Below, piece by piece: positions 14,041 through 26,660 of a stretch of 64,000 nt of DNA. Origin of the DNA: Lama glama (Eukaryota). Made by a program: the position numbers and the translations under genes. Under the pieces are notes generated by a model. The model made no database searches. It worked only from the letters and a program-made list of their open reading frames with translations, and was not told the DNA's origin. The first letter of the stretch is position 1. Each line of letters opens with the position of its first letter. The stretch spans positions 29,514,001 through 29,578,000 of the forward strand of contig CM052818.1 of the NCBI GenBank assembly GCA_028534125.1. The letters are read 5' to 3'.

Positions 14041-15914
14041 CTCAGTGGAGCCAACGCTTCAGCCTTCTGACAGAGGCCAGAGGACCCAAAGGTAAACTCT
14101 GAGTTTATACACGGATCAATTAAGAATATTTTTCCCAGTACAGCTTTGTATGTTCCTTTTTATTCCAAAGGACACCAAAATAGGTCATGTTCTAAGTGCA
14201 GTGACAGTGGTCAGCTAGCACTCCATGGTATTTCAGACGGCTCCCAGCGCTCTTTCCACCACAAAGAGAGCAACAATCCTGGAAAGATTTAACTTCTGCT
14301 GCCTTAGTCACAAGCCCCGCATTGTCTTAAACCTTTTACTATTATACCCAGAATATGTTAAAAACCATGTTTTGTCTTCTTTCCATTATTTTTAACCAAC
14401 TGGGATATTCCTAAAGTTAAATGATGATTTTTAAGTCTCCTAAAGCTTTCTATTTCTTAGGTCTACATCTAACATTCTCTCACTTGCTTTTTTCAAAGCC
14501 CTTTTCCTTTGCTTCTAACATATATTTGTGCCACTTCTGTCGGCTGAGAGTCTAAAGACAATAGTCTTATCTCTATCTGGCAGGTCTCTTCTGAACTCTC
14601 CTTACAAAATTCAATTAATTGCTCACTTACATTGTTCCTCTTTTAAAAAAAAGAAGTAAGAAAACTACAACAAAAATATTTCATTAATACCTCACTTTGA
14701 ATTATGAAGCTTCACTGCAAGAGAAAGGCTATATACATGTGGAAAAACCTCTAGTTTATTCATAATCTTCATGAGTGATTTATGATTGAATCTGTGAGCT
14801 GTTAACAAGCTGCTCAACAGCCAAGCAGAGGAAAGTAGCGAATCTTGTTTGTCAAATGTATGTGTAATCAATATGGTCCAGATTAGGAAAGCTTAAACTT
14901 GATTCAAGGGCAAGAGCAAAATTTCTGCTTTCGTCATTAGCATAAAACCATAGGGTTCTTACTATCTAAATGGAAAATTGTCATTTTCATAGCCCAATAT
15001 CCCACGGAAAAAAGGAAAAACCAGAGATTGACAGAATTTTCCAAGTAGTCATTAGATATATGATCATGCTATCCAGTCAGAATTCCTAAAGCAAACAAGA
15101 AAAATGATGGTTAAGGAAGAACTCATTTTGATTTTTACTAAGTCATTTCACCGCTGTCTTTCTATACACTCATTTATTATGCATGAATCTACTGACACAC
15201 ATACAAATGCAAACACACTAAACACTCACGATTGATAAATGTCACCCTCTATTTCTAGAGCACCTTATATTCAACACTTCAGCTGCAAAGGGTAGATCAG
15301 AAAGACATTACTGTCTCCCTCTAAATTTGCTCTTCTGAGCCAACTGAAACATAAAGTTACACATGTATAGCTGTCACTCTATTCTCAAATTATGTGTCTA
15401 ACAAGACATTCCTCACTGTGTTTTTCAGGCTCCTGTAAAGCTACCAAGGGACACAAGCAAGTATGCTCACTTTGACCAAGTCACTCCATTCCCACTGGGA
15501 AGAAGCAACTCCAATGCCTTGAGGGATACAAGACAAAAAGGACTGAGTAAGAACTGTCCAGAAGTACAGAAGAGATTATTTAGTAATGAACCAAGTGATT
15601 TAAAATTTCTAAAACAGATCATCAGTAAAAGCTATCAACTGTTTATTCTAAGATGCAAGTTCTTTAATATGCCCAGTATGAAGCTGTTGAAAGGTTTCCA
15701 CTTACTTTAATGAATTAAAATATATTAACCTTCTTCAGCTAATGCATTTAAGACATCAAAGTGACAGAAATGATAACATGCCTATTTTAAAATGCCTTCA
15801 TGCCACCGCTCACATTACTTATCCATATAAAAATATACTTATTTGTTTGCAGGAGGCAAGGACAATAAGGAAATGGCTATCTGGCATCTACATACGGGAA
15901 AGGTCCCAACAGTT

Positions 15915-16092
15915 GTTGGACACCTGCTCTTTTATAGGGCATTATATCCATGATCTCAGCCACCCCTTACAGCAGTCCTGGGAAAGACTTATTTTTATGC
16001 CAAGTTATAGAAGAGTTCACAGATTCTGAGACACTTAGTTTTCTTTCCAAAGCACACTGTTAATAAAGAGAAGAATCAATATTCAAAGTCTA
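15915..16092 (-). mobile_element. MIR SINE
   Basis: Reverse MIR pattern (ccttacagcagtcctgggaaag...gattctgagacacttag...ccaaagcacactg). Confidence 0.55.
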
Positions 16093-18779
16093 CCATGATT
16101 GTCCCAACAGATTTTAGCGAGGCCAGGAGGGGACAGAAAGGCCCAGTCATTACTGGTGTGACCGGTGGGCTCCTGCAAACACCCACAGAAGCAGCAGCTG
16201 CAGAGCAGGTGCCGCTCTCTCTCCTTCTGCATCTTTAACAAAAATTACTAGTCTATCAGGGCTCTTGGTGGGCCTACACAGAGACACTGAATCCTTCTCA
16301 ACACACTGCATGGGTCAGCCACAGGTACAGTTGGTAGGTAAAACCTACCTTCCATCCCTAACTACTGCAGTCATCAATAATGAGACAGAAGAGTTGCTGC
16401 TAGTCAATCACAAGGGCCAAACACCAAAGTAACAGTATGCTTATCTACAATATGTAGTTATTTGCAACAGAGCTAAAAAAAAGCCTATTCTATAGTCGGT
16501 CAACCCACTGCACTGAATTCCCATACTTTTCCATTTATTTTACTAATCATTATTAGGGGAACAGAATAAAAAGAAGATGTGGTACGTCATCTGTCAAAGC
16601 TTAAAAGCTAACTAGAGGAAACCAAACTTACACAAGCATTCAAGCTCTCGGGAGGGCCACCCAAGGACGCTGACACAATCAATCAAAATATTCCCTTGGA
16701 AGCAGCGTTGCCCTGACCACATGAATGATCCGCTCAAAAGCAATTCCAAGGCACTTGGATTCCATTAACTTCAAGTCTTGCTGTTATTCATCTATCAACA
16801 ATTAAAAGGGGCCAGTCTCCTCAAGACCCTAATAAATTTTCTCTACGTGGCTACAGAAATGGAAATCGTCCACAACAGTTATTTTTACAGTTGGATTGAG
16901 TACTACAGTTCTCTGGATTGAGGACTTTCCTTAAACCTGCTAGGCCTCTCTTTCGGCATCAGTAAATGGAAATAATACACCCATTGTTCTCAGGATGCAG
17001 AGAAATCGTATGTGAAAATCCCTCAGACTCTTGCTGGGTACACAGAAGGTATTCCAACAGCCCAGCTCTGGACCAGACCTTGCCCCACTGTTCTGCTCTG
17101 GGAATTTTTCTTCTCCAATAATCCATCAAATTATCACACAGGAAGCTAAAGAAGCCTGAACTGGACCAATCCACAGATCCAAGAGGCAGAGTCGGTGAGC
17201 AGCGCCAGCGCCTTCAACAGAAGCACGATCACTGGTGTTCCTACTGTTTAAAAGTACTTGAAGAGTTGAATGATCAGGCACAAAGAGGAAGAAATAGATG
17301 AGGAACAGAAGCCCTCTCTCCAGCCATGGAACCAGTAATTTTACTGTTAAAGGTGCTGGACAGGCAGTGTTGGCAGCAGTGGCTTTTTGATAACTCAAAC
17401 TCAACAGCTTGATTAAGTGGCCGCTGAGCGGGCGTACCTGGGACTTTATAGCAAGCCCTCAAGGTTCGGAGGGACAACGAGCATTAATTTAGCTACAGCC
17501 TGGAGGAACCCATAGTTTTCATCAAGTGTGATAGGAAACCCTTGAGTTGCAGGGCCACGGTGGCCACAGGCTGCTCCTCTCTAAAGACTAGCAGGGCTCA
17601 GTCACAGCCAAGGGGAGGGAGCCACGCTGAGCGCAGCTGCTGCTGCTCCAGCCACAGCTCACCAGGCTACAGCTTTGTTCCCGCGCTCACAGAGGCACGC
17701 CCAGGGCCGGGATTAAGCACACCCTAAGCCCCCTGCATTCCCGTCCCATTGCATCCTGTCTGGCCAGGAGACAAAGAAGCACAATAGACATTTTCATCTC
17801 ACCTTAAATGAGCTCTCCAAACAAATGTTTCCTGTCTCACTCCATGATGTGCTGGACTAAGAGCGCGCCATCAGTTCTGCAGGAGAGAAGAGGCGCACTG
17901 TGCTTCCGCCATTTTGAAAATGAACAGTTTATCTTCACAGCTACCTGGCATTTAGGATGTGCTGATTTCTGGTGTGTAAAAGTTATTGCCAGGGGACCTG
18001 AGTTTACATTTTAAATTCCAGGAAGCCGAACTGTCCTGGGTGATACGTGTGAATCACTGGAAAGAAAGCTTCCATCTTCTGGCTAGAAGGTGACTCCTTT
18101 GACAACCACAATGTTGATGAATCAAAGGTCCTTTATTATTCGACTTACTTTCAATGATCTCAGAAAATGTTACTCAGGACCCCTCTAGAAACTAGCTAGG
18201 GAACACTGAGTCTCCAGGAGCTTATCTGAAATGTCCCCTCTCAATTTCTCCTCTTGGTTAATTCCAGAAAATGGTATAAAACTGGGGCATTCAGTCTTTA
18301 CCATGCCCAGCAGAAGGTGCTGGGGGTTGGCAGCAGCCTTCCATAGCTGGGACAGGAAGGCTCGCCTGCCAATGCCCTGGGTTGTTCCTTCTGCATGACT
18401 ACTTGTATTTTTAACTCTTAATCCCTGGATATTTGGGTTTGGCATTCTACACATCAGTCTCTATCTGAAGTTTACACAGCATCATCTACACATTCTTTCG
18501 TTAAGCAAAGGTTCGTAGTGATTGGGGAATACTGTTTTACATGTACGTTTTTGGAGTATGATCAGCCCAGTTACCCAGTGACTCCCACCTCCACCTGGGG
18601 TCGGTAGGGAATGGCTCAAAAAGAATCCCTTTTGGATACTCCTCTCTGACACAATGCAAGCTGCGTTACAAGTTGCCACAAAGTGGCATCGTCCAACAGA
18701 AGGCCACTTTAGGACAACTCCAAACACAGAAATCTTACAGAAACAATCTCATCTGGCAATGCAATGAGAATCCCAAGGC

Positions 18780-18905
18780 AGGGTCTGAATCTGAGCTCTG
18801 CCACTAGCTGTGACCTTCAGGCCATCCCCTTCCCTCTCTGGGCCTCAGCTTTCCGATGCGTAAAATGAAAAGGGTAAACTCAATGTTCTCTGAGTTACTC
18901 TCAGC
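18780..18905 (+). mobile_element. MIR/MIR3 fragment
   Basis: ctctgccactagctgtgacctt...ccctctctgggcctcagctttcc..gtaaaatg. Confidence 0.7.
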
Positions 18906-19724
18906 TCTATGGGTCCTGCGTTCACGTCACAAAACAAATCCCCACAAATTTCCAAGAAACAAGGACTCCTCGTGCACACAGGATTATCTGGTACAATCAT
19001 CTGATCATTAGCTTTTGGCTTTTCAGAAACATTTGTAACAGCAAATAAGCCACCTTCCTTCATTACTCACCGTCCTCCCAGCTCTTCATTTCAGTACATA
19101 CATCAGCCACATGGTAATTCTCCTTGCACTAATACTGCTTTAAATAATCCCAGACAAGTCTCTGGAATCCAGTATCTTTGATGTTTGGCTTATAAATTTT
19201 TCAGCATCTGTAATTTTAAGGTTATTTTTATATTTCGAAGGCTAAGGACTTCAGAAGAGAGGGAAATCACGTGTTTTCCATGCATGCTTTGAATCCAAAT
19301 TTAAAAATCTGCTCTTAAGTCACCCATGGAGTAACTATTGATAGTGTAGAAATTTGTCATTTGCAGAACTGTGAAGTGTTCAAATTCTTTATGAAAACCC
19401 CAAATAGTAAATTAAATGGGATCAAATTCTTCAGATTCTCCTAAAATTTATTACAGCTATGTGTAGGAGGAGATAATTTCTTTGTCAGACTTGAAATGGC
19501 AGCTAAATGATGTAATATTTACAGACTAGGCAATGCTATTAATTCATGATGTTTGATTCAGTTTAATTTAATGTACATAATACCATATATATCGGTTACT
19601 TTTGTTAATGCCAATCTCTTATCTTACAATATGTTTAAATATGTGCAGTGTTATAGCTAATTGTATTTTGATGTAATCAAATGTGTGATGTGCAGTAACC
19701 AAGCAATTATTTACCAACAGTAAC

Positions 19725-19900
19725 CCCTGGTAATACGGACACTATTCTGATCACAAAGCATTCTAACAAACCATGCTTCATTTAACCCTCAGACCAACTC
19801 GATGAGGTGGGTATTAATCCCTCCTGTTCTAGAGATGAGGAAAGTCTGCTTCACACACAAGGATGTGACAGGGCTCAGGCCAAGACTCAAGATTTCAGTG
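19725..19900 (-). mobile_element. MIR SINE
   Basis: tcatttaaccctca...atgaggtgggtattaatccc..agatgaggaaa. Confidence 0.65.
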
Positions 19901-20079
19901 AATGGCTTGGATCAAATGGGACAGGTCAAAGTACTCTGCAGGTCTGTCCAGACCCAGCAGAAAGAAAATGGATCTCACAGACACATCAAGTGTGCTTTCC
20001 CCCCCAAAATTCCTTGAGGCTTCATGCCAAGCCTGGCAGAGAGGGGTGACTATGGGACAGACAGCACCACACAGGGCAG

Positions 20080-20300
20080 AGCACGGCCCTGGGCTGCTGC
20101 AGGATCTCGGTTCCCAAGTCCAGCTGTGCGACCTGCTCACTCTGTGTCCTTGCACAAGTGACTTAGACTCTTTGCTCCTGAATTTCCTCATCTATAAAGT
20201 GACAATAAAAACCGGCTGATTCAGGCTGCTGTAAGGTTAAAATCTAACAAATGGAAGGTGACCAACACAGGGCCGGGTAAGCAGAAGGCACCCAGAAAGT
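20080..20300 (+). mobile_element. MIR SINE
   Basis: ctgtgtccttgcacaagtgactta...aatttcctcatctataaagtg. Confidence 0.75.
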
Positions 20301-20449
20301 GGTAGGTGAAGATTTCTAATCCACTCAGTGTATTCATACGCCACTCACCAAAATTCAAGTCTTACTCTGGTATCCCCCTCGGAGTTTGTTGTCTAAGACT
20401 GAACAGGTGTCCCTGCTGATCGAAGGAAGAAGGTCAATTTGGTACCCTT

Positions 20450-21620
20450 ATTTGATTAACTAAACATTATCAAAAACAAACTTCTCTATCAATTATATGT
20501 AAGTAGTAAGAAGCAGACTGTAAGTCTGATTATATAAAAATCTAAAATCTGTGCATGGCCGAACAGGAAAAAAAAAATATCCCAAAACTACCCATAAGCA
20601 AAGTTAAAACATCGATAATCCAATGGGAAGCAAAAACAGGCAAAGGAGAAAAACTTTGAGACCAGTGGGCTCTCAACCAGTGATTTTGCCCCCAGAAGCA
20701 CTGGCCACTGCCTGGAGACATTTTTACTTGTTACAACTTGGGAGCAGGGTGGGGACAAGGGATGCTACTTGAATCTAGTGCACAGTGACCAGGATGCTGC
20801 TAAACATCCTACAATGCACAGGACAGACCCTGGAAGCAAAGGAGTACCCAGCCCAAGTGGAAATAACGCTGAGGTTGAGAAACTGCTTTAGACACATGAG
20901 AAGATGCATTCTCACGCACGTAAAATACAAATTAGAACTCTCATCTGTCAGAGCTGCAGAGCTCAAAACTCTTAATAATCTCTATTGGAAAGAGTATGAT
21001 GACACAAACAATATCACTATCGGGAGATGCAAATGAGGATTCTAAATCCTAATTTAAATTCTCAGTATCGGGAAAGTAAGTGATTCAACTTTTACAGCAG
21101 ATGATTCGGTACATATCTTCTAAAGTTAACCCAGAACGTACCCTTTGATGCAGCAATTTCCCTTCTGAGAATTTATCCTCAGATAATTACTTATGTGTAC
21201 TAAAAATTTATTAATCACTACAGCTTCGATGGTAACAGCAAAAGTTGCAAAGGCAAATGTTGAATACAGTCTAGTGGTATGGTATGTATGTTGAATACAC
21301 TCTATGGTAAATGCCAGGATGGAATATTATGCAGCTGTTAATAAGAACAAGGCAGATTTGTCAGTGCCGGTATGAACTGCTAAGTGAACGAAGCAGAGAA
21401 ATACAGTAAATAACATATTCTAGCAGTTTCAAGGTTATATGCCCCCACATTAAAATTCAAGAACACTACTCAAGAAGTGGGTAAGAGTATTTTCCCCCAC
21501 AAAAGACAGTGGATATTTAGAAGACTGATGGAATGAAGGCTTCTCTTTTACTCTCAAGCAGGCTCTCTTATGTTTTTTAAATTTTGTACCATGTATTACA
21601 CAATCAAAAAAGCTAATTAC
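20450..21620 (+). mobile_element. Old L1 (L1ME-like) fragments split by MER20
   Basis: taccctttgatgcagcaatttcccttctgagaatttatcct and atggaatattatgcagctgtt are L1M 3' motifs. Confidence 0.65.
20663..20885 (+). mobile_element. MER20 (hAT-Charlie)
   Basis: cagtgggctctcaacc..gattttgccccc..ctggagacattttt...gatgctgctaaacatcctacaatgcacaggacag...gaggttgagaaactg, with a degenerate 8-bp TSD tttgagac/ctttagac. Confidence 0.9.
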
Positions 21621-22977
21621 ATAGATATATTTAAAGATATCAAAGAAATCAACTGTTTTTTAAAAATCTGCCCCTTAGGTCTTTTAACAGTAATTTCAGC
21701 ATGAGTCAAAAGACAGTCAGGGGAAAGAGGTGCATTAAAATGGGGCAGAGCTGAAGACAGTCTGCTATAGAGTCTTGACACAGGTACACAGAGCTCTGCT
21801 GCGTTCTGGGAAAACCACAGTGAGAATAGTATGTGGGAACAGCCAATGTAAGGAATTGGCAGAGAGCACCTCGTGACAGGGGCTGCAGATGAACACCCCA
21901 ACCTCCCTTCCCCTCCAGCCTCCCGAAGGAAAGGGGAGCCCACGATGCCTCCAGGGCCACACGGCAGGCCGGGTTTCCAGCACGGGCGCTGTTACACTCT
22001 GGATTTTGACTGCTGCTGATTCCACAGGAAGAAAAAATTCAACGAGCTGTTAATCCAAGGAAATTAAGATAACCCAGGGAACTGGCAAGAGATAAATGAA
22101 CCCAAATGTGTATCAGATGGAAAAGCTACCTCTTCAAATATATTCCTTAAGTTTAAAACTAGTTTTTGACTTGATGCCCCTACCCCTTCCCCCCGCAAAG
22201 GTGATCAAACCCTTATAGCTCAGAGTTTTAATCCCCAACCACTCATTTGTTATAGTTTGTAGAAGGGGCCCAGCACCTTCTAAGGCACAGAGGCCTTCAG
22301 TGTAGTTTTACCCACCAAAAAAACAAACAAAACTAGCTCTCTACAACCCAACTCCATCCTTTCATCCCACTCCATACAAACTGTGCTTCCTTCAGGCCAC
22401 CAAGGAGTCATTCTGTTTCTGGCCAAGCTCTTCTGAGCACTTTGATCTAAAAGAGCAGGCAAGAACAACACAGAATCATCTGTAAGCTTGTCAAATGTTT
22501 CAGGCCTCCAGTGTTCTGACCAAGCACACCAGGTTGATGACACATCACCACACAATATGTTACTACACTTGCATAAAATCATCCTTTGACTTAAAGTGGA
22601 AAGTGGAGCCAAAGAAGTGAAAAAGGGAACACACTGTATGTGGAAGTGACAGTAGATATTTTCAGAATCAAACATACTCAAGATACCCTAACTCCATCCA
22701 CACTCTTAAGGTCATTTTCCTAAAACAGGATTTATATGAAAGGGGATAACAACCTTTTAGGGTTGCAAGAGATCTTGAACATCTACTCCTTAAACTCCTC
22801 CTGGTACAGATGAAAAAATTAATACTTAACAGATGAGTCTGGTCCAGAAGGGAAGCCCAGGACTAGAACTCCCAAAAGGTCTCCCACAAAATCCACAGTT
22901 GAGAGCAGCTATAGGTCACACTGTAATTAAAAGCCTAACATGCTAAGTGGAAATCCCAGTTCTTTTAAAAAAAATCC

Positions 22978-23830
22978 ACCACAACAAGCCAATTCGAAAT
23001 TGGGCAAAGGGCCAGACTATTTCTCCAGAGAAGACATACAAAAGAGCAAGAAGCCCATTAGAAGAGGTTCAATACCATCAGTAACCAGGGAACCACAAAC
23101 CAAAAGCACAAGGAGATACTACTGCACACCCATCAGGATTGCTATTACCAAACAAAAAAAGAGGAAAGAAAGAAAAAAGGAAAGTGACACATGGTGGTGA
23201 GGACATTAGGGCACTGCTGGTAGGACTGTGAAATGGTGCTACCACTGTGGGAAACAGTGTGACAAGTGCTCCAAAAGGTGAACAGAATTACCATGTGATC
23301 CAGCAATTCCATTTCTGGATAAAGATCTCAAAGACATGAAAGCAGGGCCTCCAACAGCACTTGTACAGCTGTGTTCACGGCAGTCTTTTTCACAGTGGAT
23401 GGAAACAACCTCAGTGTCCATCAACAGATGAATGAATAAACAAAAGGCAGCATATCCCTACAATGAAGTATTATTCAGCCTTGAAAAGGAAAGAAATTCT
23501 GACACACGTTACAGCACAGATGAATTTTGAAAACATTATGCCAAATGAAATAAGCCAGACACAAAAAGACAAATGCTGTATAAATCCACTTATATGAAAT
23601 ACCCAGAATAGGCAAATTTAGAGAGACAGAAGTAGAATGGAGGTTATCGGGGACTAAGAGGGGAGAGGAATGGGAAACTATTGTTAAATGGGTAGAGAGT
23701 CTCTGAACAATGAAAAGCTCTGGAAACAGACAGCGGTCACAGCTGCACACCACTGTCGATGTACTCAGCACCTCTGGAGCACACACGCAAATGGTTAACA
23801 CGGTAAATGTTCTATTTTACTATAACTAAA
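22978..23830 (+). mobile_element. L1MB-type LINE: ORF2 end and 3' UTR
   Basis: ttctccagagaagacataca, gaattaccatgtgatccagcaattcca, tgtccatcaacagatgaatgaataaacaaaa, aaataagccagacacaaaa. Confidence 0.9.
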
Positions 23831-24871
23831 GAAAAGGCGCAACAGGAAAAAAATCAGCCATGTGAATTATGTGTTTGGGGTCTTATGAAGATAAGCAATA
23901 AAATACATCACCCCTATATTGATGGAATTAAGAACAGGCATTTCAGTCAAGCAAAAAAGGGCCAAAGCATCAACTGTGAAAATTCCAAGTTTCCTGGGCA
24001 AGACGACCAAAACATGACGGAAAACTGCCATCAGAGGTTACGTGCAGGTGAAGGCAATGTCTGTACTTGCTCTCCAGGGCTCTTTCTCTGTCCAAAAGTG
24101 AGTACTTGAAAAACATGATATATATACATCATTGTCCAGCTAACCTAGAGTGTTTTGGCCACAGAAGTTTTTTCTTTTTTCAACAAGTGAAATAACACGT
24201 CAGACTTTTTAATGCTTGGATAGTTTTTTCTTTCAAACTTGGCAACCCGACCCTTCAAAAGGCACGTGTAAAGACGTCTGGGGTAGAAACACCAAACCCG
24301 CGTCCTCCCAAGGTGCTGTATTTATTTGAACCTGTGATGATGCTACTGTTTAAATAAACACACTAGGCTTTTTTTCCTTCCCAACAGCCAGAGCAAGACA
24401 CTTTGCAAACGAGTGTCCACAGTAGCAATGATTAGTGTTGAAAAGTGGTTTCTATTATACAATCACTTCTGAGATCTGCTTTTTTAAAAAATGCCTCCTG
24501 TGCTAAGCGTTTTCCCATTTGTTATTTCTTATTTCAGTTTCTGAAGAATCCTCATAATAAAGGCCAATCAGTCCTACTTGTTGAGTCATCCTGAGATATC
24601 CCAAACCAACTCAGTCCTTGTATCCTCCGCAATCCAACGAGATCACCCGTATACATGGTCAAATGCAACCAAGCCTACAGGAGCCAGGGTCCAGTTTATT
24701 AGGGAACACTCGTACAAGGAGGGCTCAGAGAGCCATCAGTTGGAGTACATTTGTGATAAAATGCTGGAGGTTCTACCCAGAGAATAATCTGGAGGTTGAA
24801 GAGGTGCAAATACCTCTGGAACATGTGGGTTCCAGATGTTCTCCAATGAGGAAAAAAGGCGATGCTTAGAG

Positions 24872-25089
24872 CAGGGCTCCTTAACTTTGGCACTGTTGAC
24901 ATTTTGGGCCAATAATTCTTCATTGCGGGGACTCTTCCGCGCACTGTAGAATACTTAGTGGCATTTCTGGCCTCTACCCATAAAATGCCAGGAGTACCTC
25001 CCCCCAAGTCTGGAAAACCAAAAAAGTTCTCCTGACACTGCCAAACGTCCCTCCTGGAAAGCCAAACTTACCCTGGTTGAGAACCACCA
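24872..25089 (-). mobile_element. MER20 (hAT-Charlie)
   Basis: ggcactgttgacattttgggcc..ataattct...ctggcctctaccca...ctggttgagaaccac, in the opposite orientation to the 20663 copy. Confidence 0.9.
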
Positions 25090-26310
25090 GACCAACTCAA
25101 CTTTTCTCCTTCCCATCTGCATTATGGCTATGAACTAGGTATTTCAGAGGAACAGAGGAAACTGAGAGCACCCAGCTAAGACTATGCCTGCTGGATGGAG
25201 GTAAAATAAGAGGAAATCAGAGACAGGGACTGAGACACAGAACCCAGGTGTCAGTGGACCACACTGGGAAAAGGAAGAGGCCAGACTGAGGTGAAGGAAA
25301 AACGGTGGGCTTTTGGTGGCATCAAGAAGGCGGAGTTTCAGCTCTGCCATCTCAACTAATAAATTCATATTGACTATTGTCCATCAATTCAGCTTCTTTA
25401 CTGTGTTTAAAGTGCTCTCAAGCGTCATGATCAGAAGTCAAAATCTAGGTACTGTGGTAGGAAAGTTCTGGACAGAGATCATATGTTATCAGGAAGTCAG
25501 GATGACAGTTGTATGATGGGTCTAGACAACTTGGTATCATTCAAGTGTATCTTAAAAGCTATCCTCAAGTTCTTTCAAAATGCTGACCATTAATCCCAAG
25601 CAGGACTTAACTAGAATAAGGATGGATCTATGCAAATGTACCTTCCCGTCCACTGCTTCTGACAAAACTACTCACATCTATGTCCGAGCACTAGTAGGCC
25701 AAGAGGATCGTCTCTGTGTATTGTCGTGCAAACTGTGGAACTGAACTTTTGTTAAGGGGTTTTGGCGACATCCCAAAGCCGAGGACGAAAGCTGCTAACA
25801 GTCATCTCACTTCCCGGAATACTGGCTGTGCGCTGCAGAAACCAGCTTGTCACGCTGGAGCAAAGAGGGTGAAAATTCTTTAGAGAGCTTGACACGTATC
25901 CCCTGGAATTCACAGGACCTGGTGAACAAAGAGATTTTTCTGACTGTTCCCTGGAAAATTCCACAGGCAGGAGGAAGGCTACAGGAGACTAACATGCAGA
26001 GTAAGGAGAAAAAGCAGCCCGAACCCGGGCATTTCACATGGCAAGGATGCTGTCCTGGTGGGGTCCTGCCTACCAAGAGGCTGCCCAGAAAGGTGAAGAA
26101 CCTCAGCTTTAAGAGGGACACTGAGAAACCTGCAAAGGGTAACCATTCTGATTCCAGGGTTGCGTCTCTTCCGGCACATGGAAATCATTTCCTAATACAG
26201 TACTAGGCTCAGAGAGGAACTCAGTAACTATCACTCATTCATGACACAATGTTTCTGAAAACCACTATTATTAATAATTCTTAGACCTTATTATTATTAA
26301 ATCCTTAGAC

Positions 26311-26477
26311 CTTAGCTACTCAAAGGGTGACACATGGGCCAAGCAGCACCCCATCCCCCTGGGAACTTATTAAAAATGCAGAAACTCAAGCCCCACTCCA
26401 GGATCTACTGACTCGGAACCTACATTTTACCAAGAGTCACAATGATTTTTATGAATATTAAAGGGAAATAAGCACGG
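26311..26477. mobile_element. MER5A-type hAT-Charlie element
   Basis: gctactcaaag...cctgggaacttattaaaaatgcagaaactcaagcccca. TSD ccttagac (26303-26310) / gcttagac (26478-26485). Confidence 0.8.
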
Positions 26478-26487
26478 GCTTAGACTA

Positions 26488-26660
26488 CAGGTCTCCATCA
26501 GAGTTATAAGTATCACCTGCATCGTTTGCTGTCAAACTACACATAACCCCAAAGCACACCCAGATTCTGATTCAGGAAGCCAGGGTGTGGCCTGGGCATC
26601 TGTACCTTTTAAGTAATCCACGGGGCATTCTGTTGTATCACCAGGACTGAGACCACTGAT
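26488..26660. mobile_element. MER5-type element next to the previous one
   Basis: cccagattctgattcag..gggtgtggcctgggcatctgta..ttttaag...gactgagaccactg. Confidence 0.75.

Noticed and set aside
16333..16349. Perfect hairpin ggtaggt-aaa-acctacc
   Set aside because: An isolated 7-bp stem is expected by chance in 64 kb and has no supporting context.
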